A stretch of 64,000 nucleotides of DNA, taken from assembly GCA_030141605.1 (NCBI GenBank), contig JAQGDQ010000048.1, positions 744,001-808,000 on the forward strand. The letters are read 5' to 3'. Made by a program: the position numbers and the translations under genes. This DNA is from Tubiluchus corallicola (taxonomy: Eukaryota > Animalia > Priapulida). The notes under the pieces were generated by a model. It saw only the letters and a list, made by a program, of their open reading frames with translations. It had not been told where the DNA came from and did not search any database. Positions 38,003 through 52,423 of this stretch are shown here, piece after piece (positions within the stretch are counted from its first letter, which is position 1; each line of letters opens with the position of its first letter).

Positions 38003-38993
38003 TGTTTGACATAAATCTCTTGGGTTAATTTTCAGGTTAAAGTTTTCTAGTTTGACCGTGAAGACCATGAAGGTAACAATTATAAACGTCATTAATTTAG
38101 TTTCTTCTGACAGTTACATATTCAATAAGTGAAATTGCTTATTAGTGGAGCAGTGTTATTGAGTTAGGACAAGGATAGTTAGCGGTGCCCTTTGTGAAGT
38201 CCCTTAGGAGTTATAAGTCAAGATGTTTCACCGAGGGAGGCATTTAACACGTTTAAAATGACGTGAATAAAATATTAATTGTGAGCGTTTTTCATGATTT
38301 GCATCGCTGGCAGTAGCTCAAAGGTGCAAACGTCCATTTTGTCGAATATTTATTTTTGAACTTTCGTTTGTGTTCAAGGACTGTCACGCTACTATTGTTA
38401 CAAGCTTGTGCGAAAGTGTTTAATGAAGCCAAATTTTTTACATTGGTCAAGTCTTGAAAGCTAGATTGGTAAGCAAACATTAAAATACAGGTAAGGCGAA
38501 GTTGACGCTTTGTTTCTGTATAACTGCATTGACGAAAATCTTGCAAATTCAAGTTTCGTATGTTTTAAAGTGATAACATTTAAGATCACAAGGAGATCCT
38601 ACATCAAAGCTAATAGATTTTTACCCCAAATGTATTTTATTATAGGTTGTAGCGTAATAGGAAAATTTCCGCTAAAAATTAATTTTTGCATTAATACTAT
38701 AGGTGTGTAAAATTTCTCGATTAAGAAACACTATTGATTGTATGATTTAAAAATCTTTTACCTTTGAGTTCACCAGTATTTCTTACTGGTAGAACCTTTT
38801 TTATTTCCGAAAACTTTGCATTTTTGTTGATTAGTGACAAGACCAAACACCTGAACCCATCGAGCAATGTAGCTGTGACAGAGATGCGACATTTGTAAGT
38901 TTATTATAAACAAAAACCCCGAAAACTTTCAAATTTGTTTATAACAAACGTGCTTGTTGAAAAACATGTCTTCGATACTTTTAAAACTACCAG

Positions 38994-38995
<2 letters not shown>

Positions 38996-39023
<28 letters not shown>
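38996..39023. repeat. (TA)n microsatellite
   Basis: Short pure TA run. Confidence 0.9.
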
Positions 39024-39025
<2 letters not shown>

Positions 39026-42000
39026 TCTACTAAGTGGATTACTTTGAAAACCGTTAATAAAAAAGTCAAATTATAATTTTAGAAAAAAAAACAGCTGGTC
39101 GGTACCATTCACGATCGTTGTTTGTGTACTGTTTGCTTGTTTTTGTTTTTCCGCACTTTTCAGTTCCCCATGCATGGTCAGTCAGCATCTCAGCTACCGA
39201 TTACCCTTGAAACGAAGCAGTTCTGACATTAGATGTGTAACTCACAGATATTTATGGATAGGAATCATGCGTAAATTGCCAACTAATGACATTTGAAAGC
39301 GCCGTGTAATGCTGTACGTTATACCGTAATACTGCTGGCTATATGGCCCTTGGTGGAGTTAGACTGTAGCAAATGGAATGTGTAATAGATGACCTATAAA
39401 TAAAATATTTTTCTGACCAGGCAGGCTGCAATTTGTGACGTAACTACGTAACTTGCACCACGTTAAGCTGTAATGGGTACAAACGTTACGTGATTTACTT
39501 CTTGATAAAAAATGAGTTTATTTGTCAAAAAATGCGAATGTTACATTTATTAATTCCCAGACACATAAGGCCAGAGCGTTTACAAACGTTTAGCTTTTAT
39601 TTTGCGAGTTATACGTATATCGCCGAAGTAAATGTGCACCAAAATTTTAATTGTACAGGTTTATATGGCAGAATCATTTCTGTACATATATGTAAGATGC
39701 ATTCTTTTGAAGTGTACTACACGCACATATGCATTAATTATTGCAGTTACTTAAAGACTATCACTGAACTTTCTAAAAACTGGCAGCCGTTTGGAAAAAC
39801 CACATCTAGACCTGTGCTATTTATTAGTCGTCCTCATTAGAACTCTTGGTAGAAATGTTCTCCAGTAAAGCGGCTAAAACCATATTTTCAGAGATCCTTA
39901 AAATTCAAGTGTTTTCATATAATTCACGAAATGGTTACCTGCTGCGTGAAACATTTCGTCTTTACCAGTTTGCCTCCAGCGAAAAACTACAAAGGCATCA
40001 TCACGAAATCTTGTATTTAAAATGTTTATACAAGACAATTTATAGTGGATCAGAATTTTTTAAATTCTCGAATTTATCTGCGAGTTTTTCATCCTTCTGC
40101 GCAATAGTACGAAGACCTATTTATTATATCTTATTTGAAATATCTTCAGTACAAAGTACACTAGGTTTTTATACGTGTATAACTAATTCTAACTTTTCTT
40201 AATATCGTTGATTACTCAAAAAATATCATCTGTTGAGATACTGCACAATTTGTGATGGTGATATAATACATATTATTGTTATCTAATATAGTGGGTCTTA
40301 TTTATTTCCAAGTTTATTACAAAATTTTCGAGAAAAGCGTGTTTACATAGACTCTGGTCTCACTGTCTCCGCCTCTTGAATTTTTTCGATACGATAGTGT
40401 TCATATATTAGAGTTTCCTCAAAACAGACACTTCATGCGCGAGCAGGTTATTTCAAATGTTGTTGGCATATAGGAACGTTCCTGACACGTTAATAGTTTG
40501 TGCAGAGGCAGTGCTGAATGTCTAAACACTGTCAGGATAGATTGATACCAGTATCTTTGAAACTGACACAAGGAAAGATAAATCTATGGCAAGTGTGCGC
40601 GAACACGGTGTGTTGCGCTCCATCAAAATGTGAACATCAACCGCTAAACGATTGTATACATTCTGTTGGACTGCTGAATTTAGATGGTAGTTTTTTAAGT
40701 GGTAGGTTCTCCCACGTTAAAGAATTTATACTTCTAACCAGAAATAACAAATTTCTAAAAAGTGAAACCCATGTTAAATTGATTTACACTAGACTGAACA
40801 GTTAAACAGGCGAGCCCCTAATACGCATCTCCAAAATTCGATAAAAAGGTCACAGTGGAACCACTAGGAGTTTTGACAAAGAGAATCTGACCAAATCTGA
40901 TTTCGCTTGCTATAGACTCTGTTCTCATGCTCACCAAGCGAGTGCAGACGAATAATGGTGGTTATGTTTATCCTACATCTGAGCATGGCCAAGACACTTC
41001 TGTGGGTCCAGAGGCTAGCTTTACATAGTTATACTTAATAATTATCCTGGTCCGGTTCTACCACAACTGTCTGTGTTATGTAAGCTTTATATCATTGAGT
41101 GCTGGATGACCGGATTTTGGAACACCAAAACTGTTAAAAAAAGCTAATGTAAACGTTCTCATGGATTCGCATATTTGAACATAGCGCAAAATTGTAAACA
41201 AATGCTAATCTACTTGTAGCAGGTAATTGAACAAGGGTACTGTTAGCAAATAGTTTGTTGCACAGTTGTGTAGGGCCTATACATATACTGAGCAACACTA
41301 AATGTGCTCGTCCAGGATTGCTTAGGGTATTATACGATTGACATCTGCATATAATTTATAATTTACCCAGCCAACATGTCTTAGCCAAAGTAAGTGCGTG
41401 ATATTACAAAATACCACATGTAAAGTTTGTGCTATTAAGTCAAGTAACCTATTGGAATGAAATGATGCTTGGTGGACATGCATATCTCTATACCTATAGA
41501 ACAGTTCTTTTAATGAATGTTTAACAATAATAAACAAATAATCAAATATAAGCATTCTTTCATAACACTATATACATAACATATTTTGCAAGACGTATCT
41601 GTAGTCTGTTTTCAGCGGATCTTCAATTCATGATATCAATGATTTTTGGTACATATGTAATCTAAAAATAAGATTAATTTACAGTGTCCTCTGATCGATT
41701 CCTTCATATAAATGTACCTGAATTTTCACCTTGTGAATTATATACTATAATATTATAGATCAGTATGTCTTTAGTTTTTATTTGAAAATTAATTTTCTTC
41801 TTGCTAAATTATGAGTTTTCAAGATTGAAATATCGACGAAGCACGGTATTGATAGCGGCAAGTTGCGTGTGGTAAAAAGGAACGAGAAATTGCACAAAGC
41901 TGGAATTATCGATTTTACAAGTGCCTTATAGTTCATAATAATGAAGCCGCTCACAGACTGAGAAAAACAATATAACTAGAATAACACGGCCCTAAATATG

Positions 42001-43245
42001 TCACATATGTGACTATGTGCTTGTAAAAATATTACCAGAAAACTAAAATAAAAGCTTATACATATTATTTAATTTCCAAATAGAAACACATAAAATGGAT
42101 ATTAATACCAATAAGAATTTTATGGTCTACGTACGTCACTTATTAAATTACAGTTATTTAAATAGTTTAAAAAGCTAATTATTAATTTAAGCTAGTTTAG
42201 GAAATTAATGTCCTAAAAGTCGCTTTTGAAAACTCATAAATGTTGAAGTCTTGCAATTTACGACGGCGTTTTACTGATAAATCTTTCGTTCTTTTTAATT
42301 TTACGAAGTAAAATGGCACAAGTACTGGAATCTGCATAATCAGGAATCATGTTTGGATTTCATAATTTTAAACAGAGGAGATGTGAAGTTATGCTATGCT
42401 GTTTCAAGTAAATAAATGGATGCATAATATATAAAGGATTCCTAAAATTAGAATTAGAAAATCAGTTAAATTTTACGTCAAATGATATCTTCAACGGCAG
42501 TCAGATACAACGTTTTCTTCTAAATATGGATTATTATTTTGGCTTTTTGTGCTGAGTATAATAGCGTATAACATTTGCTTCATGTCTACCTTTTATGTGT
42601 CAATTTGCCAAACAAATTTGAAATAATATTACCCGCTGGTGGTAATTTCTACATGTTCAGTAGCTGCTCTTGGACGTCCACAACGTATGTGATCTTAAAT
42701 GGTGGATCCAGACAGTAGTGTCACGTCAGAAGCAAATTCGAACATTCACGCAAATACCAAACGTCATAGTTTCTGATTATGAAAAACCGCACAGTTTAAA
42801 AAATTCGCTCTGTAACGTACTAACATAAATCAACGCCGATTTTTTGACGTCTTCATTATCGATAGGTGCGCCGCACTGCGGCGACATTCACGACAGTTTT
42901 ATGACGATTTTTTATTAGTTAGGTTATGATTTATGAACAGGTAATCAGGAAAGCCGAGGATAAGTCAGTTTGGAAGCTGCGGCAATGAGCGCCGTGATTT
43001 TAATTAATTCGTAATTGGTAGTAAAACGCTTTATCAGATAAACTGAGAGGTAGAAATATTTCAAAGCATCATGATTGAAATCCTTTATTTGAGAATTATT
43101 ACCTTTATTTAAACACGATAGTTTTCCATTTGAAAGCTGCTGCTTGGCTTTAATTTCATAGAATAATTTCTTTTTGGATATCAAAAATGTACAAATAAAA
43201 ACATTTTTTATCAAGAAAACATGATAAATTTTTATTAAATTTCAG

Positions 43246-43296
43246 ATGGTGCAAGCTGTGCAGGCTTTACAGTTTCATCTGGTCGAACTAGAAAAG
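43246..43296 (+). CDS. MEIS: Meis/hth 51-nt exon (HM2 start), divergent
   Basis: tttcag|MVQAVQALQFHLVELEK|gtatga has the length and phase of the family exon M(I/V)QAIQVLRFHLLELEK. Confidence 0.93.
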
Positions 43297-46200
43297 GTAT
43301 GAATTTTTCCTAAATCATCTTTTACATTATTATTTAAGAACTGTGTGAATGTTAATTGGAATGGCACGCATGTAGCAAATATTAATTTAGCGATTTTTTT
43401 ATGTTGGAATTTTTATTTTTGTATGTAATCGTTAAGCTTGCTCACTGGCTGTAGAGCTAACTGGCTACACAAAAGGGCTAATTTGTAGTGCATAAGACTT
43501 AATATCTTACTACGTTGCTGAGAATAGTTTGACTCTGCATTGCAGACATTGACGAACAGTAAATCGCTCGGACGGGCCAGGGTAACAGAGTTTAAACATA
43601 CTTTGGAACCATTAAACACGTAGCACATATGTTAGGCAGCAGATTCCCTAGGATACAGCACACAGGCTAATGTATCTATAATGACACTTCATGGGGAAGA
43701 ATATTTGCTTGAAATTACACCGTTTCATCCTCATTTTCCATGCTTTTCACTTGGTGTAGTTACGCGCACGAAGCTGCTGTCTCAGCTGCAGATCATGTCA
43801 CTTCAGTAAAAAATCATTGATGATGACAGCAAAGCACGTGATAGTGTAGTCACGTGATCAAATCGCCATGGATGCTTATAGTTTTCAATTGTTTCAATGC
43901 AAACAGTATAATACATTTGTGGTGTGTTGGCAGACGTGTCTGTATAATTACACCTTTAAGTACTACAGTTTAAGGTTCCAGATTTTCAAAGACTGCTTCT
44001 TTAGCTATTTTAATTTCTCCGGCTGTGAAGAAACAATTGATCTTGAAACAATTGGTGTCCTTAATAGGCTGCGTAAAGCCAAGTTACACTCAAATTATCA
44101 CAGGATTTGCCAACTTTCCCAGATTTGCGTAAGGCACACTTCTCTTTTTTTGGGCTACTATAACAATTTTCATTTCTAATTATCAAATATCCGTATGATC
44201 TATTCCTTTAGCCTATTTTTTGAAACGCAGTTCAAATGTGAAAAAAAGATTTAATAACCGTAAAAAGTAAAAATTTATGTCGCATGTAAGCAGTAGCCGA
44301 TATTAGTAATTATGTGAATGCATATATGCAAAATATTACTAAATTACTAATGTATGCTTCCCTAGTGAATCGAAAAGCCAGTTAACTGCCTAGGACGCTT
44401 GCAACGTGTGAATTTGACAGGATTATTAATCATCTTAGCAGGAATACAAGGCAATATGTGTGTGGGAATATCATTTTATGCTGTACTTTGCTCATTTATT
44501 ATTATGATTATGAACAATCAGAAATGTTCGTCTATCCTGGGGGTGTCCCATTTGATCTTGGCTGAGACTTGCCTTTGTGCCTTTATTGCTTTCACATTTC
44601 TTATCCTTAAACTCACTTATTATTTTTGATGTAATATATGAATTTTAATGCCATCCCTGTGTGTGATTGTCATATATGATCTGGTATATAATCAGTTTTA
44701 TTTTCACTTTGATTGAAAGCAAGCATCACAATTCAGTAGGACATTTCTGAAAGTTGATCTTAATGGATTATATTAGTTTGAGCAATAAAGATCAACCAAG
44801 ACCACCATAAGTATTGCACAGTTATTGCGGTAGATCGTATTTTTCCCTGTGAGATCCAAAGGATTTTTCCATGACCTTTAGTAGAGCACTATACGTATAA
44901 CGAGGAGATATTAAGGAAAGAAGTGGAGCAATTAAAAAAATGAAGCAGTGAAAACGCGCGGCATTTTAGCATGTTTATTAATTGTTAATTTTATATTGAT
45001 AGCGCAATTACCAATTAAGCACGAAGTCTGCAGCACAGGAAAAACCAAAAATTGAGAAAAAAACAAAACAAAATCATAAAATATTACGAAAATAATACAA
45101 CAGCAAGAACTCAGTTTGTGTTATAACTAATATTTTGGACTCTGTGCTCAATAGTAATTTCCTTGTCATTATAAAATTCCAAAAAGTGCATTTGGTGATA
45201 CCTCGTGCTGTTTTGTTTCTTCATTTACATTAAAATAATTCACAGTGGCGTAGTGTAATGTCGTCGTGAGTTTTCATTTTTGATTGGGGGATTTTTTTAA
45301 TAATTTAATTATTGCAAAATTCATATGATTAACAATTATTTCCGTTTTATGTTGCAAACGCTCAACCAATAAAAAAATAAACAACGTCGAAAAAAACTGC
45401 TCATGCCATTAGTTTCATCTCATTGAATTCAAGTACTAGATCAGAACTATGGTAGCGCAACTGAACAACAACGTAAAAACCGTGTATCTTTAGACCGCCG
45501 CTTGCCACAGATACATCAGTATCCATTAAACAAGAAAACAACTTCACATCAAACAAGCAGAACTGACAGTGATATGATTACACATGGAATTGCGGCAAAT
45601 TTTCGCGATAGCACACAATACAGAGCTGTTGCTACTAATCAACACCGATTCATACAAGTCGCTAATATCAGCAGCATTTTATCACATTCTGTTATACACC
45701 GACTGTGTGAGATTGGACGTGCGGCTTGTAAAACGATTCCAAAATTCTGATCGCACAGAATTTCTGAACTGGTTTATAGGAACTTCAAGCTCCTTCAGGT
45801 TTATCAATGCTAGGAGAGTCAAAATATTGATTATTGGATATGTCTGTTGCTGAACAAAATTTTACTTTATTGTTACAATAAATATGAGCCTAAATTTGAG
45901 TGTTTCAGTGCTATTTAGGTTATCCTGTTTAATTTTTAGAAGTGGCATGAAATTTTGTGCGAGAAAACACATTTTTATTGACCAAAACAGTTGATAGGTT
46001 TCTGCAGCCTTCGTACTCCTCAACAATAAGCACATGAACTAATAAACTAATTATTATGTAGCTCTTGTTACACTAATAATAGGTTTATTTACCTATATCA
46101 TAATATTACATTGTTTTCAAGAAAACCCATTTTACCGACCTATGATCACTTATTGTTTTGACGTACGCAGAACTATTGTGTTGTTATTGCTGAGTGAATA

Positions 46201-49200
46201 AACTAAGTTGAATGGAACATGACAGTGAATGAAGAAAGAAGCAAAATGTGCGCATTAGGGACTTTCGAAACAATAGAAACGCAGAACGAATAAATTTGAT
46301 TTTTCTAACATTTAATGCGTGCCTCGTGCAACGATTTGCATTTTCGGGTTTCTAAATTAACGTGTTAAAAATTAAAAAAAATTAGGGACGGGTCTTGAAC
46401 AATAAATAAATGTATAAGTTCACATAGAATAAGTGGACTCAACTTAGTGTTCCTACCTGCAGAAAAAGTGTTACATGTTAACGAATTTAAGTGGCATATA
46501 TGGATATCTATTTACATCACAATTATGAAACATTATGATTAAAACAATTAGAAAAGTATCTGAATGAATTTGCAGTCTGGATCAACTGCAGTATTATCAG
46601 TTTTATATACAGGTACTAGTAATCGGCTCTTCAAATATCTTCATGCATTTATTCTGCGCTGTTCTAGACTAAAATTAAAATAATTTTCCAGGGTTGTAGT
46701 TATGTCTAGAAGGCACGTGTGGGAAGATAAATTTAGTAAAAGAAAAGAACTTTGTGCATGTACCTGGACACACTTAAAATAAACATAGGCGTGAGTTAAT
46801 GTAAATAATATTGATAATAATTTCTTAGTAAATAAGTGGTTCTCTTAAATTGTACATTATTTATTTTATATTCCCGTATTTGTATCAGTTTCTTGCATTT
46901 TTTTAATCACAATATATATACTTTATGGCTTGAAAATGTGGACGCTGTAATAAGATGAGGGACTAGCGTCTAATATAAGCTGAGTGAAACCTAAGTTAAA
47001 CATTTAGGTCCACCTGTGTAACAAATGTAGAGTCCTTACACGGGGAGGAAGATTTGGAATAATGCGGTAGTGATGTCTTGAAGCAACCTTCTCATAAATT
47101 AATACGGGGAGAAAAGAAACTTCTACTATGTTGCAGTACAAACACGGTGTTATAAGTTTTGTATACCTACATAAGTTTTGACAGCAAATTTGCAGCGGTG
47201 ATTGCTAACCACGTGGCCGAGACGTAGCTCACAAATAGTAAAATGTTTTCCTGCAGAAATAAAGGATTGTATTTACTGCAGTTTTAGTGATATAATTATG
47301 CATAAGTCTTTAGTAGAATTATCTGTAGTTGATCGTTCGTGCTTAGTATTTTTCAATTTTTCACCGCCATTTTCACTGTTTTCGGTTTCTGAATTCCCAC
47401 AATTTCAAATCAGTCGGCTGCTTTTGAACAAATCGCTCTCTTGTTTAGTATAACGATCTGTTCGTTTGCGACGAATAGGAACGGACAGGTTAAATGCGGC
47501 GAATGTGACCCGTTCCGTCTTTGCTTGCTTTAATCTTTCACGGTTTATTTCAATTTGATTGTAAAACCCTTTTGTTTGATATTAATATTAAAGTCGGTAG
47601 GGGATGATCTTCTTATGCAACTATCTAGTCGGCGGAGTTCACATGGCGTCTAGGCCGTACTGTAAACAGTCGGTAGAGAATCTAATCCATGGACCAGTTT
47701 ACCTCGAAGACGTGCAGCTCTTTATCGAACCCTTTCCGACACTTTCCCACCCAAAATAGCTCTCGGTAAACAATCCTGTCAGTTTTTTCACAAATACGTG
47801 GACCGCACCCTTTGTGCATCTGCCGAAACTTTGTGTCGGAGGGGATTTGAAACCGTCGTGACGACTCATTAAACTACCTGTGTTGAACAACAGTCATTGT
47901 GCGAGAATAATCCCACGCCAAATATTTGGTAATAAACAGAGTGACGTGTTGGAGAGAGGGGTAAAGAGGTAAGGAATGATTATTGACACCTGTCTGTACA
48001 AGTCGGCATGTCTAATGCTGTTTCATCAACTTGTGCGTTAATTTTCAAATCATATCATTCTTCGATGCGTATACAGGTAATCTTTTAAGACCTATGTGGC
48101 TACATCTCGGCAAGTTCCAACAATAAAACGCTGTAAACACATTTTTGCCGTCTTACAGGCTACATGAATTTCTCGAAAAAGAGACAACATAAAATACAAA
48201 TACTTGACTTAAGACTTTATTTTTATGTTCATTGGTGCGTTACAACTGACCATATGTAGCCTGCAATCTTATATAAAATCAGCCCAAACAGCACTCAAGG
48301 CCGAAACCTGACCTCTAGATCATATAAGCAATAAAAATAAATTTTATTTATGCATGTTTTTATTAGTTTTTGATTATTAATTTTATTTTGTTATGTGATG
48401 GTGTCTTCTGACATTATTTTGCGTAATGTAAGTTTTCAAAACAATTGTATTTTGTTTTGCATATAGAGTTGTTGTTGTTGTAATTTGTTATGTATTTTTA
48501 CCATAATCATCCGAAAAAAACATGCACTATATTCAGCGAAGCTTATAATGGCAAGAAAGGCCTACCAATTTTGTGTTTTTAGGTAGCATCCTTTGATGAA
48601 ATTGTTTTATCATTTGAGTTGCAAGGATATAACACACCGCTGCATACGTGACATTAGCCTGATTATCTTCAAAAGGCTAAGCATATACACTGAAAAGAGT
48701 TGACAAAATCGCTTCTGAATCGTAGTTGAATATTAAAGAGCAATATGAATAAATAAATACATAGCTATAATATATATATATTACTAATTAACTAAATATA
48801 TAAATAAACAAACAAATAAAAGAAAATAGAAAGAATCTGCTTATTCGTTCAGCTGACTGTGCATACATGCACTTCATTTCCCAGTTTTATCCGTTAACAT
48901 AATTTTAAGTGAATTAGAGCTTTACTTACTTTCCCGCTTAGAGTACGGCAGTCTACAAAAACAGCAGGAGTCGACTTTAGTACGTAGTTAAAATGGTGCT
49001 AGGAGGGATTTTTCCCGCAGTATCTGTCACTTGCTTCAGGGCAATGCTCCTGCTCCTCATCTCCAATTTTTTACTAAAGCAGTTTGAAATTTCTTTCCTC
49101 CCCTTTTTCATTTGTTTCTTCCCGCCCAAAAGATTTACGTTGACATTCATCTACATGCTTGCCCAAAAATCGTGCATAAAGAGTTAAAGCAAAGATGCTG

Positions 49201-50379
49201 GTGTTGAACCAAACTGGCATCTGGCTTTCCGAGGAATTTCGATAAACAGTACAGTTCGGCTAAAAAAGCTGTTGTTAATGAAGAGAGACAGCTGAGTTTA
49301 TGCTAACCAAGATGGCGAAGAGATAATGGAAAGTGTATCTGACCGAAAAAGAACACCCAGGAAGACAATATCTAGTTGATCGTAAACAAAGCGATTATCT
49401 GATGCAGAGGACTTCGGCTAAATTGTTCCTTGAAAATCATTCCCTATATCTTTGTGCAGACCAGACGTAGTGACATCTTTTGTACAAATAGACAGCCGAG
49501 CTAAATCATTTATGCTTAAGACTAGTGCTGATGCTTTGATGATGATGATGACAGGATGAGGCTCGATGACAAGCCATGTGATGATGACAACTATTCAGAG
49601 TATAACGGTGATATATTCTCATTGTTTACTGTCAGATGTCTATAGAAAACTAAAGTGAAGTGTGCCCAAACCTTCGCCTAATTCCAGTCACGATTTTGTC
49701 TCCTTGGATGGAACGCTTTCTCTTGTCCTTCTTTTCCCCCAACTCTATCCTGCTGTCGAAACAGGAGCAAATGACCAGGAGCAAAAATTAAAGGGGGGGG
49801 GGGAGCGCCAATTAGGTGAGCGAAGTGGGCAAAACCAGCGACTGGATCAATAATTAGAAAACAACCTCACTTCACTCAGGTGACAGTTGACCAATCCAAC
49901 AGACGTAAACACTTAAAACAAAGATCATGGAACAATTGGCCAAATGTGACTGTTGTCTTGACTAATAGTTTCATTCCTCTACTAATATAATATTATATAA
50001 TATTTTAAATCGAAAGTGGTGCTGATAAGCCACTGGTGTAGTAGTGTCTTGTTTTTTTACTGGATTAACTGCTGTGTTTACCTGTCTTGAGGGCGGATTT
50101 CTTTATTTTGGGATTCTGCCTTCCCCAATCTCTACAATATACGTAATGGGCATATATGGTAACAATATAATATTATATATCTTCAGACATTTTGCTGTAT
50201 TTTTAGGCTTGTCATTTGTTATGGCACAACTAAATTGGTTTTTACGTTCATCTGAAAGTCAAAGACAATATTTATTTACCTTCACTTATTTTAACATACA
50301 ACATTAGCATTTAGTGACTTAATATTTATACAGGTAATGACGCAACACACAAATAACGAATAATATACAGGATGTACTT

Positions 50380-50460
50380 GTATGCCCGGTGCTGGCAACC
50401 TCTAGTCTCGAACACTCGGACAAAATATAGACCACTCGGTCGCTCAACCCAACCACAGTT
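50380..50460 (-). mobile_element. Possible tRNA-derived SINE head remnant
   Basis: The minus strand reads ...gcgaccgagtggtcta...gtgttcgagact..., resembling Pol III A and B boxes. No cloverleaf could be built. Confidence 0.25.
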
Positions 50461-50627
50461 GTTAGTGGTATTAAATTTGAGAAACTCGTAGTATTGAATA
50501 GTCTTGTTACTTGTGTCCAGTTTACGCACTGCTAAATGTTTCAAACTGGACGTTTTTCATAGGTATCTAAATATTTTAAATCACTATTCTCGTCTTGACC
50601 ACAAAATGAATAGGAAATATATTATCA

Positions 50628-50760
<133 letters not shown>

Positions 50761-51958
50761 GTATTATTAGTGTTAGTATTAGTCTTACGACCTGCATCGT
50801 TCACTAGACGCCACTTCTGAATTTGTTGTATGCCAAGAACAGTCTGTAGTTGCAACCTTTGCTGCTGTGGAATCCAATAAGCAACGTAACTTGACACTCA
50901 AACCGTTTATGTTTGCAATTTAAATGCTGCAATTGTTTATAAATACACGCTTGCGACCAAAGTAGTCCGAACACTGGGGCTGAGGAATTTTGTACAGACG
51001 ACCCTGCCCTTTAAATATAATTATTAATCAGAAAAACTCGCTTGGCAAATTAGCTTGCTTGCAGGTAATTGTTTTGACTGTGTGGTCTAAATTTGTCTTT
51101 GGCACGATTTGCTTCCACGCACGACTTCGTACCTGGATCGTGGAAAGACACAAGCGTCTGTAAAATACTGTTTGTGGCCGATTAAAATGACATTTGTTAT
51201 TTCTGAACCGCTTGCAGATGACAAGTAACGAACGGCTTCAAAGCTACCGGTGGTGATTTTATGCGCATGGTCAGAATGCTTGAACAGTTTACTAAGTAAA
51301 AAAGCAAGTACTCCTATTAATGTGTTGCGTACAAGACCTAGTATTGGGTTTGAACTACGCAGGTGAAGTAACGTGAGGCCCGTATTATTATTCAAGTCTT
51401 GCCTTGCCTACGAATTCGTTTATCGATTTGTTTACTTTTTACTAATGCCCGAAAAGCTTTTGACAATCAAAAGTTTTCTGTAAACTGTGTTTGTACATCA
51501 AAGGTTCGATAAGCTGGTCACGAATTCATGTGTCTCCGTATATATGGGTGTGGAGAGGGTTATGCTGCTCATACACTTTGCAGTTTGACGAGAGAAGGGT
51601 GCATGGCGAAGCAATATTAAATTAAGCTTTTTTCTTAACTGTAATGCTGCTTAGCAAGTGAGTAGAAACTGTAACCTCGGCCTTATTTTAAGCTTTGGTG
51701 TACACTAGATGCTACTAATTGCAGCCCAAAGCAAGCAGCAAAAACCGACTCAGCATTACTTGTGCCCTCTGGCTGCAAGTTTCTAAGACAAGCTAATCAC
51801 CTGTTCGCTCAACACCCAGGCAGGTAATGAGAAATTGATCAGCCTATCTCGAATGGAAATTGCACTTGTTTTAGCAGGTGATAATCAAACTGAAATTGTC
51901 CACATTCCAGCAAAGCGTAGTGACCTTTTCGTGTAATATTCGAAATGTTGTTGCCAGT

Positions 51959-52170
51959 GATGACAACGATGATGATGATGATGATGATGATGATGTTGGT
52001 GATGAGGGTGACAGTAGTGGTGATGATAATGATGATGAATGTGACGATGTTGATGATGATGACGATGACTATGATGATGATGATGATGATGATGATATTT
52101 GTAAGCAAAAAGATGGTAATAGTGACAGTGATGTTGGCAAAGATGCCAATAGCAACAATGATGGTGGTGG
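51959..52170. repeat. Imperfect (GAT)n low-complexity tract
   Basis: GAT/GAC/GGT triplet runs. Confidence 0.9.
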
Positions 52171-52361
52171 ATGGAAAAACTGCATAATAGGAAGGGGAAG
52201 AGAGACAGAGGTGATGATAAGAAGCAAAAGATTTTCAGTGATGATACAAACACTAGTTACAGTTTTGTCAGTTACAAAATCTTAGTATCCGTAAAACAAA
52301 ATAGCAATAACAGCAGCAGGCAACATCACCATGATTATAGTAGACCTTTGTTGGAGAGTAC

Positions 52362-52423
52362 GTGACATTTGGGCATGGGACATTTGGGCACCGTGACACT
52401 TGGGCACGAGACATTATGGGCAC
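52362..52423. repeat. Four ~15-bp tandem units GACATTTGGGCAC (possible DNA-transposon subterminal repeats)
   Basis: gtgacatttgggcatg ggacatttgggcacc gtgacacttgggcacg agacattatgggcacc. Confidence 0.75.

Noticed and set aside
38292-38552. 86-aa minus-strand ORF in a Meis intron
   Set aside because: No recognisable motif or splice context; possibly a TE relic but unsupported.
40800-41120. Possible RTE-type LINE 3' relic
   Set aside because: Only vague similarity across multiple frameshifts; too degraded to call by eye.
45405-45435. tttcatctcattgaa (FHLIE) as a second copy of the Meis HM2 exon
   Set aside because: In-frame stop immediately upstream, no acceptor plus ATG and no donor; likely chance.
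47690-47890. tRNA gene suggested by a minus-strand B-box-like ggtttcaaatccc
   Set aside because: No cloverleaf or clear A-box; at most a SINE remnant.
52362-52423. CRISPR-like array
   Set aside because: Eukaryotic intron, no unique spacers and no cas genes.
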